From assembly GCA_013151235.1 (NCBI GenBank), contig JAADIO010000005.1, positions 62,001 to 126,000 on the forward strand: a stretch of 64,000 nucleotides of DNA. The letters run 5' to 3'. The notes below the pieces were generated by a model that saw only the letters and a program-made list of their open reading frames with translations, made no database searches and was not told the DNA's origin. Of the stretch, positions 51,266 through 61,827 are shown in pieces; the first letter of the stretch is position 1, and each line of letters begins with the position of its first letter. The stretch comes from Deltaproteobacteria bacterium. Lineage in GTDB: Bacteria; CG2-30-53-67. The translations under genes and the position numbers were made by a program.

Positions 51266-53089
51266 TTATGCAGATCCGTCAGGGTCCGTTCCTTCCGGCT
51301 CCGGATCGGATGTTTCATCGGCCGCAGGGGTCTCCTCGACAACGGGAGCGCCCGGCTGACCGGCAATCAGATCACCCATTTTCGTCCGCATCGATTCCTG
51401 CTCACTCAAATATTGATTCAGGTCCGCTTCTTCCAGACCTTCAAGATACTTCTTAATGGAGAGACCGATCTTTCGCTCTTCCTGATCGATCTTGGAGATT
51501 ACGGCCTTGACCTCACTATTGATGGCCAGCACATCTTCGATCTTCACGGAGGGATCCAGGGAAACCTCCGTCACATGAATCAAACCTTCAATCCCGTTTT
51601 CCAGAGCAACAAAGACGCCGAAATCCGTGATTTTGACCACCCGGCCGGTCACCACCGATCCCACTGGAAACTTTTCATGGATCCCGATCCAGGGATCTTC
51701 GTTCAACTGTTTCAGCCCCAGGGAGAGACGCTCTTTCCGTTTGTCGACATGAAGAACCACGGCTTCCACTTCGTCCCCTTTTTTGAGGATTTCCGACGGA
51801 TGTTTTATCCGGCGTGTCCACGACATATCCGAGATATGAACCAGACCGTCGATCCCCTCTTCCAGACCGATGAAGGCGCCGAAGTCGGTCAGGTTCCTGA
51901 CCACGCCCTTGATCCGGCTCCCGACGGGGTAGGTCTGCTCGACCAGATCCCAGGGGTTCGATTCCACCTGTTTCATTCCGAGGGAGATCCGCTTGTTGGA
52001 GACATCAAGGTTCAGGACGACCGCTTCAATGATATCGCCCACCGATACAATCTTGGCCGGATTCCGGACCTTCTGGGTCCAGGACATCTCCGACACATGA
52101 ACCAAGCCTTCCACCCCTTCTTCCAGTTCCACGAAGGCACCGTAATCGGTGAGACTCACGACCTTCCCTTGCACGCGGCTGCTGACGGGATATTTTTCTT
52201 CCGCCTTGTTCCAGGGGTTTTCCGTCTTCTGCTTATAGCCCAGTGAAACCCGTTCCCGTTCCCGGTCGAATTTCAGGACCACGACCTCCACCTCATCCCC
52301 GAAGGAAAAAAGCTCCGAGGGATGATGGACACGTCCCCAGGACATATCGGTGATATGGAGCAGGCCGTCGATGCCGCCGAGATCGATAAAGGCACCGTAC
52401 TCGGTAATATTCTTGACGATCCCCTTGAGGATCTTTCCTTCCTCCAGGTTCTGCAGGGTTTCCGCTTTCAGGAGTTTCCGCTCCTCTTCAAGAAGAATCC
52501 GCCGGGAAAGGACGATATTCCCCCGCTTCTGATTCATCTTGATGATCATCATCTCCAGCTTCTTCCCGATATACTTGTCGAGATTCCGTACCGGATGGAT
52601 ATCCACCTGGGAACCGGGAAGAAAGGCGCGGATTCCGATATCCACGGAGAGACCGCCCTTGATCCGGGAAACCACCACCCCTTCCACACTTCGTTCTTCC
52701 GCATAGGCCTTGGAAATCTCCTCCCAAACCCGGATACGGTCGGCCTTCTCCTTCGACAGGACCACCTGGCCTTCGCTGTCTTCCACCTGTTCCAGGAGCA
52801 CTTCCACCTCGTCTCCGGCCTGGATATTCAAATCTCCTTGGGTCCTGAATTCCTCCACAGGAATGACGCCCTCGGATTTAAAGCCGACATCAACGACGAC
52901 AAAATCCTTCGTCACCTTAAGGACCTTCCCCTTGATCACGGATCCTTCCTTGGCATTCTGGAAGGTCTCATCATAGAGCTGAGACATGGCTTCATGACTC
53001 AGCATCTCATCGTCCTGTACCTCCTCCGGCACATTCTGATTTTCCATGACCTCCTTCGTTTCCACCTGTTCTTCGTTCTGTTCATTCAT
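51266..53089 (-). CDS. rpsA: 30S ribosomal protein S1
   Basis: Six S1 repeats (FLPGSQVD, DGLLHITDMSW, EGLVHVSEMSW, etc.). Confidence 0.97.
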   Translation of the reverse strand: MNEQNEEQVETKEVMENQNVPEEVQDDEMLSHEAMSQLYDETFQNAKEGSVIKGKVLKVTKDFVVVDVGFKSEGVIPVEEFRTQGDLNIQAGDEVEVLLEQVEDSEGQVVLSKEKADRIRVWEEISKAYAEERSVEGVVVSRIKGGLSVDIGIRAFLPGSQVDIHPVRNLDKYIGKKLEMMIIKMNQKRGNIVLSRRILLEEERKLLKAETLQNLEEGKILKGIVKNITEYGAFIDLGGIDGLLHITDMSWGRVHHPSELFSFGDEVEVVVLKFDRERERVSLGYKQKTENPWNKAEEKYPVSSRVQGKVVSLTDYGAFVELEEGVEGLVHVSEMSWTQKVRNPAKIVSVGDIIEAVVLNLDVSNKRISLGMKQVESNPWDLVEQTYPVGSRIKGVVRNLTDFGAFIGLEEGIDGLVHISDMSWTRRIKHPSEILKKGDEVEAVVLHVDKRKERLSLGLKQLNEDPWIGIHEKFPVGSVVTGRVVKITDFGVFVALENGIEGLIHVTEVSLDPSVKIEDVLAINSEVKAVISKIDQEERKIGLSIKKYLEGLEEADLNQYLSEQESMRTKMGDLIAGQPGAPVVEETPAADETSDPEPEGTDPDGSA

Positions 53090-53211
53090 AATCAATCCAG
53101 ACCTCCTGAGTTTTTTTCGGATCCCGGCAGGCCTCCCGCTCGGGATTCACCGTCCGCGCAGTGCCGTCCGGTGCTGAACTTTGCAAGAATAGAATGATTG
53201 CGGCTGATTTG

Positions 53212-54072
53212 TCAATCTTTAATTTGGCCTTCTCCATCCGATAGATCATGGAGTTTGTCAACAACTTCCCGGATGATCCATTCCGGCGTCGAGGCGCCTG
53301 CCGTAATTCCGACCTTCTCCACCCCTGCGAGCCAGGCCGGATCCACCTCCTTCACCGTCTCCAGATGAAGCGTTCGTGTTCCCGTCTCCCGGCAGAGTTC
53401 GGCCAGACGTGTCGTATTTCCGCTGTTCCGCCCTCCCACAACCAGCATCAGGTCGACCTTTCGGGCAATGGACTGGGCCTCTTCCTGCCGGACCCGGGTG
53501 GCATCACAAATGGTATTGAAAACCTTGACCTCTCCGGCAATCTCCAGGCATCGGCCGACCACGCGCTGGAACCGCTCGAGGGGAATCGTCGTCTGGGCAA
53601 TCACACCGATTCGGCGGACCTTCCCCAGTCCCCGAAGGTCCTCTGCATCCACCGTCACAGAGGCCCGCTCCCCGGCATAGGCCATGATTCCCTGGACTTC
53701 GGGGTGATTCCGGTCGCCCACGATGACCACCCGGTAGCCTTCCTTGCGCAGCAGGCTTGCATAATCCTGAGCATTCTTGACGAAGGGACAAGTGGCATCG
53801 ACCAGACGGACCCCGGCCCCTTCCGCCTCTTCATACACGGAGGGAGGGACACCATGGGAACGAATGATCAGGGTCTCCCCCTGAAATTCCTTCACTCCTT
53901 CCACGGGATGGACCCCCATCTCCTCCAGACGGGCCACTACCTGGGGATTGTGAATCAGCGGACCGATCGTCCCCACCTCCCCATCGTTTTCCCGGGCCGT
54001 ATCATAGGTCATTTTGATGGCGCGTTTGACCCCGAAACAGAATCCGGCCTGCGCCGCAAGAAGGATCTCCAT
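53212..54072 (-). CDS. ispH: 4-hydroxy-3-methylbut-2-enyl diphosphate reductase
   Basis: GFCFGV, DATCP, HPEV, TICDAT, TAGASTP. Confidence 0.96.
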   Translation of the reverse strand: MEILLAAQAGFCFGVKRAIKMTYDTARENDGEVGTIGPLIHNPQVVARLEEMGVHPVEGVKEFQGETLIIRSHGVPPSVYEEAEGAGVRLVDATCPFVKNAQDYASLLRKEGYRVVIVGDRNHPEVQGIMAYAGERASVTVDAEDLRGLGKVRRIGVIAQTTIPLERFQRVVGRCLEIAGEVKVFNTICDATRVRQEEAQSIARKVDLMLVVGGRNSGNTTRLAELCRETGTRTLHLETVKEVDPAWLAGVEKVGITAGASTPEWIIREVVDKLHDLSDGEGQIKD

Positions 54073-54755
54073 TATCCGCCCTCCGCCCCCTTTTTCCGGA
54101 CGACCATCAATATCTGGTTGACCACTTCGTTAAGGGTCATGGAGGTGGTGTCGATCTCCAGTGCATCCTTCGCCTTTCGTAAAGGAGCCAGTTCACGGTC
54201 TCGGTCGTGGGCATCCCTGCGGGCGAGATCCTGCTGAATCACATTACAATCGACCTGCTCGCCCCGCAGCTTGAGTTCTTCGGTCCGGCGACGGGCCCGC
54301 TCTTGCAGGGAGGCGGTGAGAAAGATCTTGACCTCGGCATCCGGAAAGACCACCGTCCCCATGTCCCGCCCCTCCAGGACGGTTTTTCCTTCCGACCCCA
54401 GAGCCCGCTGAAGGGTGGAGAGCCATGTACGCACGGAACCGATCGCGGAGATATCGGAGGCAACCATCCCCATCTCCGCCGTCCGGATCCGGTCGGTCAG
54501 GTCACGACCGTTTACGATAAGAGCCGTCCGGCCGTCCCGCTCTTCAAAAGAAAGCCGCGCCGTCTCCAGAAGGGCCGTCAGTTCCGGTCCTTCCCGGAAG
54601 GGAACCTTCTGTTCCCGGGCCAGCCAGCCGATCCCCCGGTACATCGCTCCCGTATCAATATAGCGATATCCGAGCCGTTCCGACACGGTCCGGGCCACCG
54701 TACTCTTTCCCGAACCGGACGGACCGTCAATCGTCACAATCGGTCCTTTTTTCAT
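54072..54755 (-). CDS. cmk: Cytidylate kinase
   Basis: IDGPSGSGKST, DTGAMYR, EGRDMGTVVFPDA. Confidence 0.96.
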   Translation of the reverse strand: MKKGPIVTIDGPSGSGKSTVARTVSERLGYRYIDTGAMYRGIGWLAREQKVPFREGPELTALLETARLSFEERDGRTALIVNGRDLTDRIRTAEMGMVASDISAIGSVRTWLSTLQRALGSEGKTVLEGRDMGTVVFPDAEVKIFLTASLQERARRRTEELKLRGEQVDCNVIQQDLARRDAHDRDRELAPLRKAKDALEIDTTSMTLNEVVNQILMVVRKKGAEGG

Positions 54756-56043
54756 CCCTGCTCCCGACTGACGGATTGCAGCATCTTCCAGAACCCGGGG
54801 AAAGACGTCTGAATGCAGGAGACATCTTCGATCGTTGTTCCCCGGTCACACCGCAGTCCCGCCACGGCCATGGCCATGGCCACCCTGTGATCACCGAAAC
54901 TGCTGCAAAGCCCCCCCCGTAATGTGTCCCGCCCCCGGACGGCAAGGCCATCATCATATTCTTCCACCTCCGCTCCGATGGTGCGAAGGTTCTCGACCAT
55001 CGCATGAATCCGGTCGGTCTCTTTCACCCGCAGTTCGGCGGCGCCGGTAATCTTCGTCTCCCCCCGGGCAAAGGCCGCAGCAACACAGAGGATGGGGAAC
55101 TCATCAATCGTGGAGGGAATCTCTTCCGGCCGGACGGTCGTCCCTTCAAGGTCCGCATCTTCCACGTACAGATCGGCGATCGGTTCTTCTCCCCCCGCCT
55201 TCTCTTCGACCCGGATCCGCGCGCCCATCCGCTTAAGGATCTTCAACAAACCCACGCGGGTCGGATTGATCCCCACATCACGCAGGACAATCTGCGACCC
55301 TCCGATCAGGGAGGCGGCTACCAGGAAAAAAGCCGCCGAAGAAAAATCGGAAGGAACATCAACCGTACAAGCGGAAAGCATCCCCCCCCCTGCACCGACA
55401 CCGTCGTCCCCTCCCGTTCCACGGCATAACCGAACTGTCGCAGCATCCGCTCCGTGTGATCCCTCGACAAGGTCGGTTCGGTAACCGACGTCCGGCCCGA
55501 GGCACTGAGCCCGGCAAAGAGAAGGGACGATTTCACCTGGGCGCTGGAAACGGGCGAGACATACTCCATGCCCTGTAGCCCTCCACCGCGAACGGCCAGC
55601 GGAGCCAGGCGGGCCTCCTCCCTTCCAAGGATGGAGGCGCCCATCATCCGGAGTGGACGGGTGACCCGCCCCATGGGACGCCGACAGAGATATTCATCCC
55701 CCGTCAGGACGGCAAAAAAATCCCGTCCCGCGAGCAAGCCGACTAAAAGACGCATCCCCGTTCCGGAGTTGCCCATATCGAGAACCCCTTCCGGTTCCTG
55801 CAACCCGGAAAGACCCTTACCCCGAAGGATGATCCGTTCCCCTTCGTCCCGGATGGCGACACCCATTTTCCGGAAGGCCCGCAGGGTATTCAGGGAATCC
55901 TCTCCCCGAAGCAACCCCCGGATTTCCGTCTCCCCTTCCGCGATCGACCCTAAGATGACGGCCCGGTGAGAGATCGATTTATCTCCCGGCACCCGGAGTT
56001 CTCCCTTTAATGAACCCGATTTTTTTACGACCTGTCGTTTCAT
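54752..56043 (-). CDS. aroA: EPSP synthase, frameshifted at a G9 run (55382-55390)
   Basis: N-half [21 protein letters not shown]-half [28 protein letters not shown]; one extra G restores the frame. Confidence 0.92.
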
Positions 56044-56044
56044 A

Positions 56045-56914
56045 TCAGAGTTTCTTTCGAAGGTTCTTTGCTTCCTGAAAGGTCCGGCTCAACGTTTCAA
56101 AATGGTCCCCCCGGATCTGCAACTTGATCTTTTCCAGCACCGCCTCGTACTGTTCGATCATTTCCACGATTTTCTTCCGGTTCATCCGGCAGATGTCCCG
56201 CCACATCTCCGGATGACTCGCCGCAATGCGGGTCATATCCCGAAAACCGCCTGCCGCATAATCGGTAATATCGGGATAGTCCTCCGTCATTTCCATCAAT
56301 GTCCCGGCCAGGGCATAGGCAACCATATGAGGCAGATGGCTCACCGCGGCAAGAATCGTATCGTGTGCGTCGGCCTCCATCTCAACCACAAGGGAGCCGA
56401 CCGATTCCCACATTGCATGGACCCGGGCCAACGCCTCGGAATCCGTCCGCCGGGTCGGCGTCAGGATGGTCCGGCGATGCAGAAAGAGGTCCTCCCGTGC
56501 AGCGGAAGCCCCCGACGCTTCACTCCCGGCAATGGGGTGTCCCCCCACGAAACACACACCCGCCGGAAGGCCGGACTCCAGTTCCTTCACCAGCTCTTCT
56601 TTCACACTCCCCACATCGGTCAGGAGGGTCCCCTCCTCTAACAGGGGGGCGATTTCCTTCCCGATCGTCACGATACCCTGGACCGGTGTGGCCAGCACAA
56701 CAAGATCCGCGCCGGGCAGGGCTTTTCCAGGATCATGAAAGTATACATCGACAGCGCCCCGTTCCCGGGCCTGCTCCAGGTTCTCCCGGCCTCGTCCGAC
56801 ACCGACGACCTTACCGAAGATCCCTTTCGCTTTCCCGGCCAGGCCGAGGGACCCTCCGATCAGGCCGACGCCGATGATCACCACTTTTTCAAACCAACAC
56901 TTTTGCATCATCAA
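56045..56914 (-). CDS. tyrA: Prephenate dehydrogenase
   Basis: [35 protein letters not shown]. Confidence 0.94.
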   Translation of the reverse strand: MMMQKCWFEKVVIIGVGLIGGSLGLAGKAKGIFGKVVGVGRGRENLEQARERGAVDVYFHDPGKALPGADLVVLATPVQGIVTIGKEIAPLLEEGTLLTDVGSVKEELVKELESGLPAGVCFVGGHPIAGSEASGASAAREDLFLHRRTILTPTRRTDSEALARVHAMWESVGSLVVEMEADAHDTILAAVSHLPHMVAYALAGTLMEMTEDYPDITDYAAGGFRDMTRIAASHPEMWRDICRMNRKKIVEMIEQYEAVLEKIKLQIRGDHFETLSRTFQEAKNLRKKL

Positions 56915-56963
56915 GGCTCCATGCCGGCACGCTTTTCAAATTTCTATGGCTACGGGGTCCTGT

Positions 56964-58043
56964 TCATCCGGCGGAAAGGACCTTCGTCAAGGCGGTCACC
57001 AGTCGTTGATTCTCTTCCGGAAGGCCGATGGTGATCCGCAGGTATCCTCCCCCCATGGGACGAACAATCACCCCTTCCCGCAGCAACGCCTCATGCAAAC
57101 CCCTTCCATCCCGTCCGGTGTCAATCCAGATGAAATTGGCCTCCGTCGGTGTAAAAGCAAGGCCGAGGCCCTTGAGTGCCCGGTAGAGAAAGTTCCTTCC
57201 TTCACGGTTGACGGCAAGGCTTTTGCCCACATGCGAATCATCTCCCAGCGCGGCGAGGGCCGCCGCCTGCGCCAGCGACCCCGTATTGAAAGGCTCCCGC
57301 ACCCGGTTTAAGGCATCGATGATTTCCGGATGGGCAAATCCGTAACCGATCCGGAGCCCGGCCAGACCGTAGATCTTGGAAAAGGTCCGAAGGACCATGA
57401 CATTCCGTCCCGCCTTCAAAAACTCCAGACCGTCGGGGTAATCGGGCGACTCCACGTATTCGAAGTAGGCCTCATCCATGACAACCAGTGTCTCCGCAGG
57501 GATCGCGGCAAAAAAACGGTCGAGGGCCTCCCGGGTGACGATCGTCCCCGTCGGGTTGTTGGGATTGGCGATAAAAACGCAGAGGGTCCGCTCATCCACC
57601 CGCTCCGCAAGGGCATCGAGATCATAGGTCTCCGCCTTCATCGGAGCGGCACGGTACTCCCCTCCCACCGCCTGCGTCACCAAGGGATAGACGACAAAGG
57701 ACTTTTCCGAGGAGACGGTATTCATCCCCGGTTGGTAGAAGGTCCTGACGATCAGTTCCAGCAGCTCATTCGACCCGTTACCGAGAATGATCTCCTGCGG
57801 CGTCACGTCAAACCGTTCGGCCAGGGTCCCTTTCAGATAATAGCCGTTTCCGTCGGGATAACGATGAAGATCATGCAGATGCCTCGACACGGCGTCGAGG
57901 GCTTTCGGTGAAGGGCCGAGAGGGTTTTCATTGGAGGCAAGCTTGACGGTCTTTTTCAGTCCGAGTTCCCGTTCTACCTCGTCGATCGGTTTCCCCGGCA
58001 CGTAGGGAGTCAGCTTGCGGATATGCTCCGGCACGCGGGTCAT
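56964..58043 (-). CDS. hisC: Histidinol-phosphate aminotransferase
   Basis: KLASNENP, NPNNPTG, DEAY, RTFSKIYGLAGLRIG. Confidence 0.95.
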   Translation of the reverse strand: MTRVPEHIRKLTPYVPGKPIDEVERELGLKKTVKLASNENPLGPSPKALDAVSRHLHDLHRYPDGNGYYLKGTLAERFDVTPQEIILGNGSNELLELIVRTFYQPGMNTVSSEKSFVVYPLVTQAVGGEYRAAPMKAETYDLDALAERVDERTLCVFIANPNNPTGTIVTREALDRFFAAIPAETLVVMDEAYFEYVESPDYPDGLEFLKAGRNVMVLRTFSKIYGLAGLRIGYGFAHPEIIDALNRVREPFNTGSLAQAAALAALGDDSHVGKSLAVNREGRNFLYRALKGLGLAFTPTEANFIWIDTGRDGRGLHEALLREGVIVRPMGGGYLRITIGLPEENQRLVTALTKVLSAG

Positions 58044-58055
58044 CCCGTCTCCCCC

Positions 58056-59126
58056 CTACGCCCGGGCCCGGGGATAGGAACCAAGGACCTTCAGGAAGAA
58101 GGCGTCCTTTCCCAGCCGGTCCAGGGCTTTGCGTATCGGCGGGTCCTGCTCGTGACCTTCCAGATCGACGAAAAAGACATACTCCCAGGCCTTCTGGCCC
58201 GAAGGACGGGATTCAATCTTGGTCAGGTTGATCCCCTCCTCGGCAAAGGGCTGCAGGAACCGGAACAGGGCGCCCGGCTCATTCCTGAAGGCAAACACGA
58301 CCGAAGTCTTGTCATCACCGGTCGGCTGCGCCGGCTCTTTTGCAATCGTCAGGAAACGGGTAACGTTGTCGGTATTGTCTTCTATCCTTTTCTCGATCAC
58401 TTTCAATCCATAGTGCCGGGCCGCGGCATCGCCGGCAATGGCGGCCGCCTCGGGATCTTCCGAGGCCCGCTGTGCCGCTCCGGCCGTACTCTCCATATCG
58501 ATGATCGGCAGATGGGGGATATGCTGCTCGATCCAACGGCGGCACTGGGCCGTCGGTTGCGGAAACGAGTAGACCTTGCGGACCTTCTCCATCTCCCCGG
58601 AAAGGCTGAGGAGAGAATGAGAGATCGGAAGCAGGATCTCGGAGGTGATCTTGAGTTCAGACCTCATGAAGTTATCCAGGGCATTGTTGACCACCCCTTC
58701 GATCGAGTTTTCAATGGGAACCACACCATAGTGTACACGACCCCGTTCCACCTCATCGAAGACCTCGCTGAAACTGCGCACCGGGATCAGGCAGGCGGAA
58801 CTCCCGTAATTTTTCAGACAAGCCAGATGAGAGAAGGTCCCTTCCGGACCGAGATAGGCCACCTTGACCGGTTCCTCGAGCGCCAGGGATGCGGACATGA
58901 TCTCCCGGTAGATTGCCTCCAGAGCCTCGTTCGACAACGGCCCGGGATTCAACTTCCCGATTCGCTCCAGGACCGCCTTCTCGCGGGAAGGAGCATGAAA
59001 ATTCCGGTTCTCCCGGCTCTTCAACTCCCCGATCCGCCGGGCAATCGAAGCCCGTTCGTTCAGCCCTTTGAGGAGGGCCTCATCGATGGAATCGATTTTC
59101 CTGCGAAGGTCTTCCAATGAAGTCAT
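58056..59126 (-). CDS. pheA: Chorismate mutase/prephenate dehydratase
   Basis: LRRKIDSID, YLGPEGTFS, PIENSIEG, NVTRF, TKIESRP. Confidence 0.95.
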   Translation of the reverse strand: MTSLEDLRRKIDSIDEALLKGLNERASIARRIGELKSRENRNFHAPSREKAVLERIGKLNPGPLSNEALEAIYREIMSASLALEEPVKVAYLGPEGTFSHLACLKNYGSSACLIPVRSFSEVFDEVERGRVHYGVVPIENSIEGVVNNALDNFMRSELKITSEILLPISHSLLSLSGEMEKVRKVYSFPQPTAQCRRWIEQHIPHLPIIDMESTAGAAQRASEDPEAAAIAGDAAARHYGLKVIEKRIEDNTDNVTRFLTIAKEPAQPTGDDKTSVVFAFRNEPGALFRFLQPFAEEGINLTKIESRPSGQKAWEYVFFVDLEGHEQDPPIRKALDRLGKDAFFLKVLGSYPRARA

Positions 59127-59260
59127 TGCGAAACAGTTTTCCTTTCCTGGGGCCGCACCAGAAAATCGGGTTCAGGAATTTGCAGTTTAACGGACTCTCC
59201 CGAACGAATCAATCAATTTCTGAAACAGGAGCAGAACTGCGGGAAGGGGCGGCGGGCCTT

Positions 59261-59707
59261 CTATTCGGGCGGACGCACGGTCAGGACCGGACAGGAGGCG
59301 CTTCGAACCAGTTTCTCCGTTGTACTCCCGAGCAGAAAACGGGAGAGTCCTTTGCGGCCATGGGTCCCCACCACGACAAGATCGACATGCTCCTCACGAA
59401 TCACCTCAAGCAGTTCATGAATCACATCGCCGATCTTCATAATTTTCTTGACGGAAACACCCTGGTTGATTATTTCAGCCGCATGTTGATCCAACGCCTT
59501 GGTCACCTGTTCCCGGATCAGCTCCTCCATCTGTGTCGCGGCATGGACCTCGCTGTAGGCATCATACATTTCATACCGGATATCGACGATGGAAACGAGA
59601 ACGACCTCCGCCTGAAGTGCCCGGCAAAGATTCACGGCATACTCAAGGGCATAATGAGAATATTCGGAACCATCCGTGGGAATCAGGATTCTTTTGATAA
59701 AGGACAT
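59261..59707 (-). CDS. Universal stress protein
   Basis: ILIPTDGS, VVGTHGRKG, LLGSTTE, CPVLTV. Confidence 0.92.
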   Translation of the reverse strand: MSFIKRILIPTDGSEYSHYALEYAVNLCRALQAEVVLVSIVDIRYEMYDAYSEVHAATQMEELIREQVTKALDQHAAEIINQGVSVKKIMKIGDVIHELLEVIREEHVDLVVVGTHGRKGLSRFLLGSTTEKLVRSASCPVLTVRPPE

Positions 59708-59744
59708 GGCTGCACCTCCCTCTCTAATTTACCGGACCGACGGC

Positions 59745-60266
59745 TTATTCCCCGCCGCATTCTCCTTCGTCCCCCCGGATCTTATCCAGGGCATGCGGAA
59801 GGGCGGGAAGGAGAACGGCAAGGTTTTCCCTGACCCCCCGGGGACTGCCGGGAAGATTCACGATCAACGTTTCCTTCCGGATCCCGCAGACGGCCCTCGA
59901 AATCATGGCATGGGGGGTCTTCTTCAGGGAGGCCGCCCGCATCGCTTCGGCCATCCCCGGCAGTTTCCGGTCGAGGACCCGCAGGGTTGCATCCGGTGTC
60001 ACATCCCGGGGAGAAACGCCGGTTCCTCCCGTGGTCAGAATCAGATCGACTTCTCTACTGTCCGACAACCGACGCAGAACCGCCTCAATCTCCGGCTGTT
60101 CATCGGGAAGAATCTCCTGGAACACCACCTTCGCGGAAAGGGAAAGAATCATCTCCCGCAGAACCCCGCCGCTGACATCCTCCCGTTCCCCCCGGGCCCC
60201 CTTGTCACTCAACGTCAGCAGAGCCACCCGGTAGAACCTGTTTCGTTCCTGCCCTTTTTCCACCAC
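59745..60266 (-). CDS. mog: Molybdopterin adenylyltransferase (Mog/MoaB)
   Basis: LSDKG...EDVSG, TTGGTGVSPRDVTPDA, NLPGSP; GTG start inferred from GGAGG RBS. Confidence 0.9.
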   Translation of the reverse strand: MVEKGQERNRFYRVALLTLSDKGARGEREDVSGGVLREMILSLSAKVVFQEILPDEQPEIEAVLRRLSDSREVDLILTTGGTGVSPRDVTPDATLRVLDRKLPGMAEAMRAASLKKTPHAMISRAVCGIRKETLIVNLPGSPRGVRENLAVLLPALPHALDKIRGDEGECGGE

Positions 60267-60267
60267 T

Positions 60268-60720
60268 TCAGCGGTCCTCCCCCGACTCCAGCACCGTAAG
60301 GAGATCTCCCGGCCGGACCACACCCCCGCGTAAGACCCGCACAAAAATCCCCTCCTTCGGCATCACGCAATCACCGGCCTGACGGTAGACGGCACAGCGA
60401 CTGCCGTGGCACTCCTTCCCGATCTGCGTCACCTCGATTTCAATCTCTTCCCCGATCGAAAGTTGTGTCCCCACCGGGAGACTCAGCAAGTCCATCCCCT
60501 CGGTCGTCAAATTCTCCGCAAAATCTCCGGGACCGACATCAAGTCCTTTCTCCTGCATTCCGGCGATACTCTCAATGGCCAGCAGGGAGATCTGCCGGTG
60601 CCACTTCCCGGCATGGGCATCCGATTCGATCCCGTAACCCGCTCTCACCTCGGCCGAGGGAACGCTCTTTTTCTTCTCTCCCTTTTCGGCGCTGACATTG
60701 ACGGAAACAATTCGTCCCAA
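60268..60720 (-). CDS. MOSC domain protein
   Basis: DAHAGKWHRQISLL, GDFAENL, QIGKECH, CVMPKEG; TTG start inferred. Confidence 0.9.
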   Translation of the reverse strand: MGRIVSVNVSAEKGEKKKSVPSAEVRAGYGIESDAHAGKWHRQISLLAIESIAGMQEKGLDVGPGDFAENLTTEGMDLLSLPVGTQLSIGEEIEIEVTQIGKECHGSRCAVYRQAGDCVMPKEGIFVRVLRGGVVRPGDLLTVLESGEDR

Positions 60721-60787
60721 CTCTCTTTTCTCCTTCAGAGATCCAACGTCAAAAAAGGGCCCGGCAAACGGATGAGAGTCTCTCAAG

Positions 60788-60843
60788 ATAAAACTTGGAA
60801 AGTACCGCGTTTGTCGGCGGTCCGCACGAGCGACTGGTTGGAC
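60788..60843 (-). mobile_element. Degenerate/partial attC-like site after the antitoxin
   Basis: GTCCAAC (perfect RYYYAAC) then CAGTCGCTCGTGCGGAC, 11 nt after the antitoxin stop; right half poorly conserved. Confidence 0.45.
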
Positions 60844-60854
60844 CGTCCAGCTGC

Positions 60855-61151
60855 TTACACCGTTGCTTCCGCATGCAACTTCAAACCAAGCGCTTTCAAT
60901 ACCTTAAGGATCGTATCAAAATTAGGGGTTCTTTCACCGGAGAGCGCCTTGTAAAGACTTTCACGCGACAGGCCGGCATCACGAGCCACTTGCGACATAC
61001 CTTTGGCACGGGCAATATCACCTAAGGCTTTAGCAATGAATGCAGCATCACCATTTGCCTCTTCAAGACAAGCCTCAAAATAGGTGGCCATCTCTTCCGG
61101 AGTACGAAGATACTCGGCGACATCGTATCGGGTAGTGATGGTTTTCGCCAT
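60855..61151 (-). CDS. HTH antitoxin (addiction-module antidote, HigA-like)
   Basis: ALGDIARAKGMSQVARDAGLSRESLYKALSGERTP. Confidence 0.92.
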   Translation of the reverse strand: MAKTITTRYDVAEYLRTPEEMATYFEACLEEANGDAAFIAKALGDIARAKGMSQVARDAGLSRESLYKALSGERTPNFDTILKVLKALGLKLHAEATV

Positions 61152-61160
61152 GATATACTC

Positions 61161-61450
61161 CTATAAATTTTGCGCCAGGCGCAAGGCAGTCCTGATATCT
61201 TCGGCCTGGCTGTTTTTGTCACCACCGGCCAGCAAAACAACCAAGGTCCTCCTGTGCTGTTTGTAATAAACCCGATAACCAAGTCCGTAGTCAATTTGCA
61301 CCTCTGAGATGCCTGCACTGACAGGCCTGGCATCTCCTGGATTTTGGCTGCCGACCGTTTAACTCGCACCAGAATACGAGCACGGGCCCGAATGTCCCTT
61401 AAACCGTTGAACCATTTTGCAAAAACCTCCGTCTTGCGAATCTCAACCAT
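61161..61450 (-). pseudogene. RelE/HigB-like toxin with a 1-nt deletion
   Basis: MVEIRKTEVFAKWFNGLRDIRARARILVRVKRSAA then frameshift near 61345 to NPGDARPVSAGISEVQIDYGLGYRVYY...LLAGGDKNSQAEDIRTALRLAQNL; 290 nt. Confidence 0.85.
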
Positions 61451-61456
61451 GGCCAC

Positions 61457-61485
61457 ACTGTAGCCCAAAGGATACACAATGTCAA
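61457..61485 (-). promoter_or_regulatory. TA promoter with overlapping palindromic operator
   Basis: TTGACA-17-TACAGT, 6 nt before the ATG (near-leaderless); imperfect palindrome TGTAGCC-CAAA-GGATACA. Confidence 0.6.
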
Positions 61486-61578
61486 TAGACAATTGTTAAT
61501 ACCATGGCAGGAGCTTGGGGTCATGCCCTCGAGAGCAGTCCTCTTGGGATCTTTAATCTTTTGGGGTCTTTAATTCTT

Positions 61579-61598
61579 GATGGTCTCGTAAAAAATCC
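61579..61598. repeat. Solitary end of MITE family A
   Basis: GATGGTCTCGTAAAAAATCC resembles the family A TIR. Confidence 0.5.
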
Positions 61599-61611
61599 AA
61601 GACCCTTTCAT

Positions 61612-61827
61612 CTATAGCGCATGCGGAGGTGGCGGGATCACTATCCCTTGACCTGGCGACGGTGGTGGAACCTGCCCCGGAGGTGGCGGAGGCGTTGTTT
61701 GCCCATATCCAGGGTCAGATGGCGTACCCAGCAAAGGTGTTTTGTCTTGTGCGTTTGCTATGGCCATTCCTTCCACCAACAGTAATGTTAGTACTAGCGG
61801 AACTACGATCAGTCGAAAATTAGTCAT
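61612..61827 (-). CDS. Small secreted proline-rich protein (71 aa)
   Basis: AGGAG RBS, signal peptide ending ANA, mature part rich in PPPP. Confidence 0.6.
   Translation of the reverse strand: MTNFRLIVVPLVLTLLLVEGMAIANAQDKTPLLGTPSDPGYGQTTPPPPPGQVPPPSPGQGIVIPPPPHAL

Noticed and set aside
59745-60786. MOSC-Mog as a frameshifted fusion
   Set aside because: Mog has its own GGAGG RBS and a GTG start right after the MOSC stop, consistent with two coupled genes.
61022-61492. 156-aa ORF as an intact gene
   Set aside because: Only its N-terminal portion is toxin-like; the remainder is out-of-frame read-through after the frameshift.
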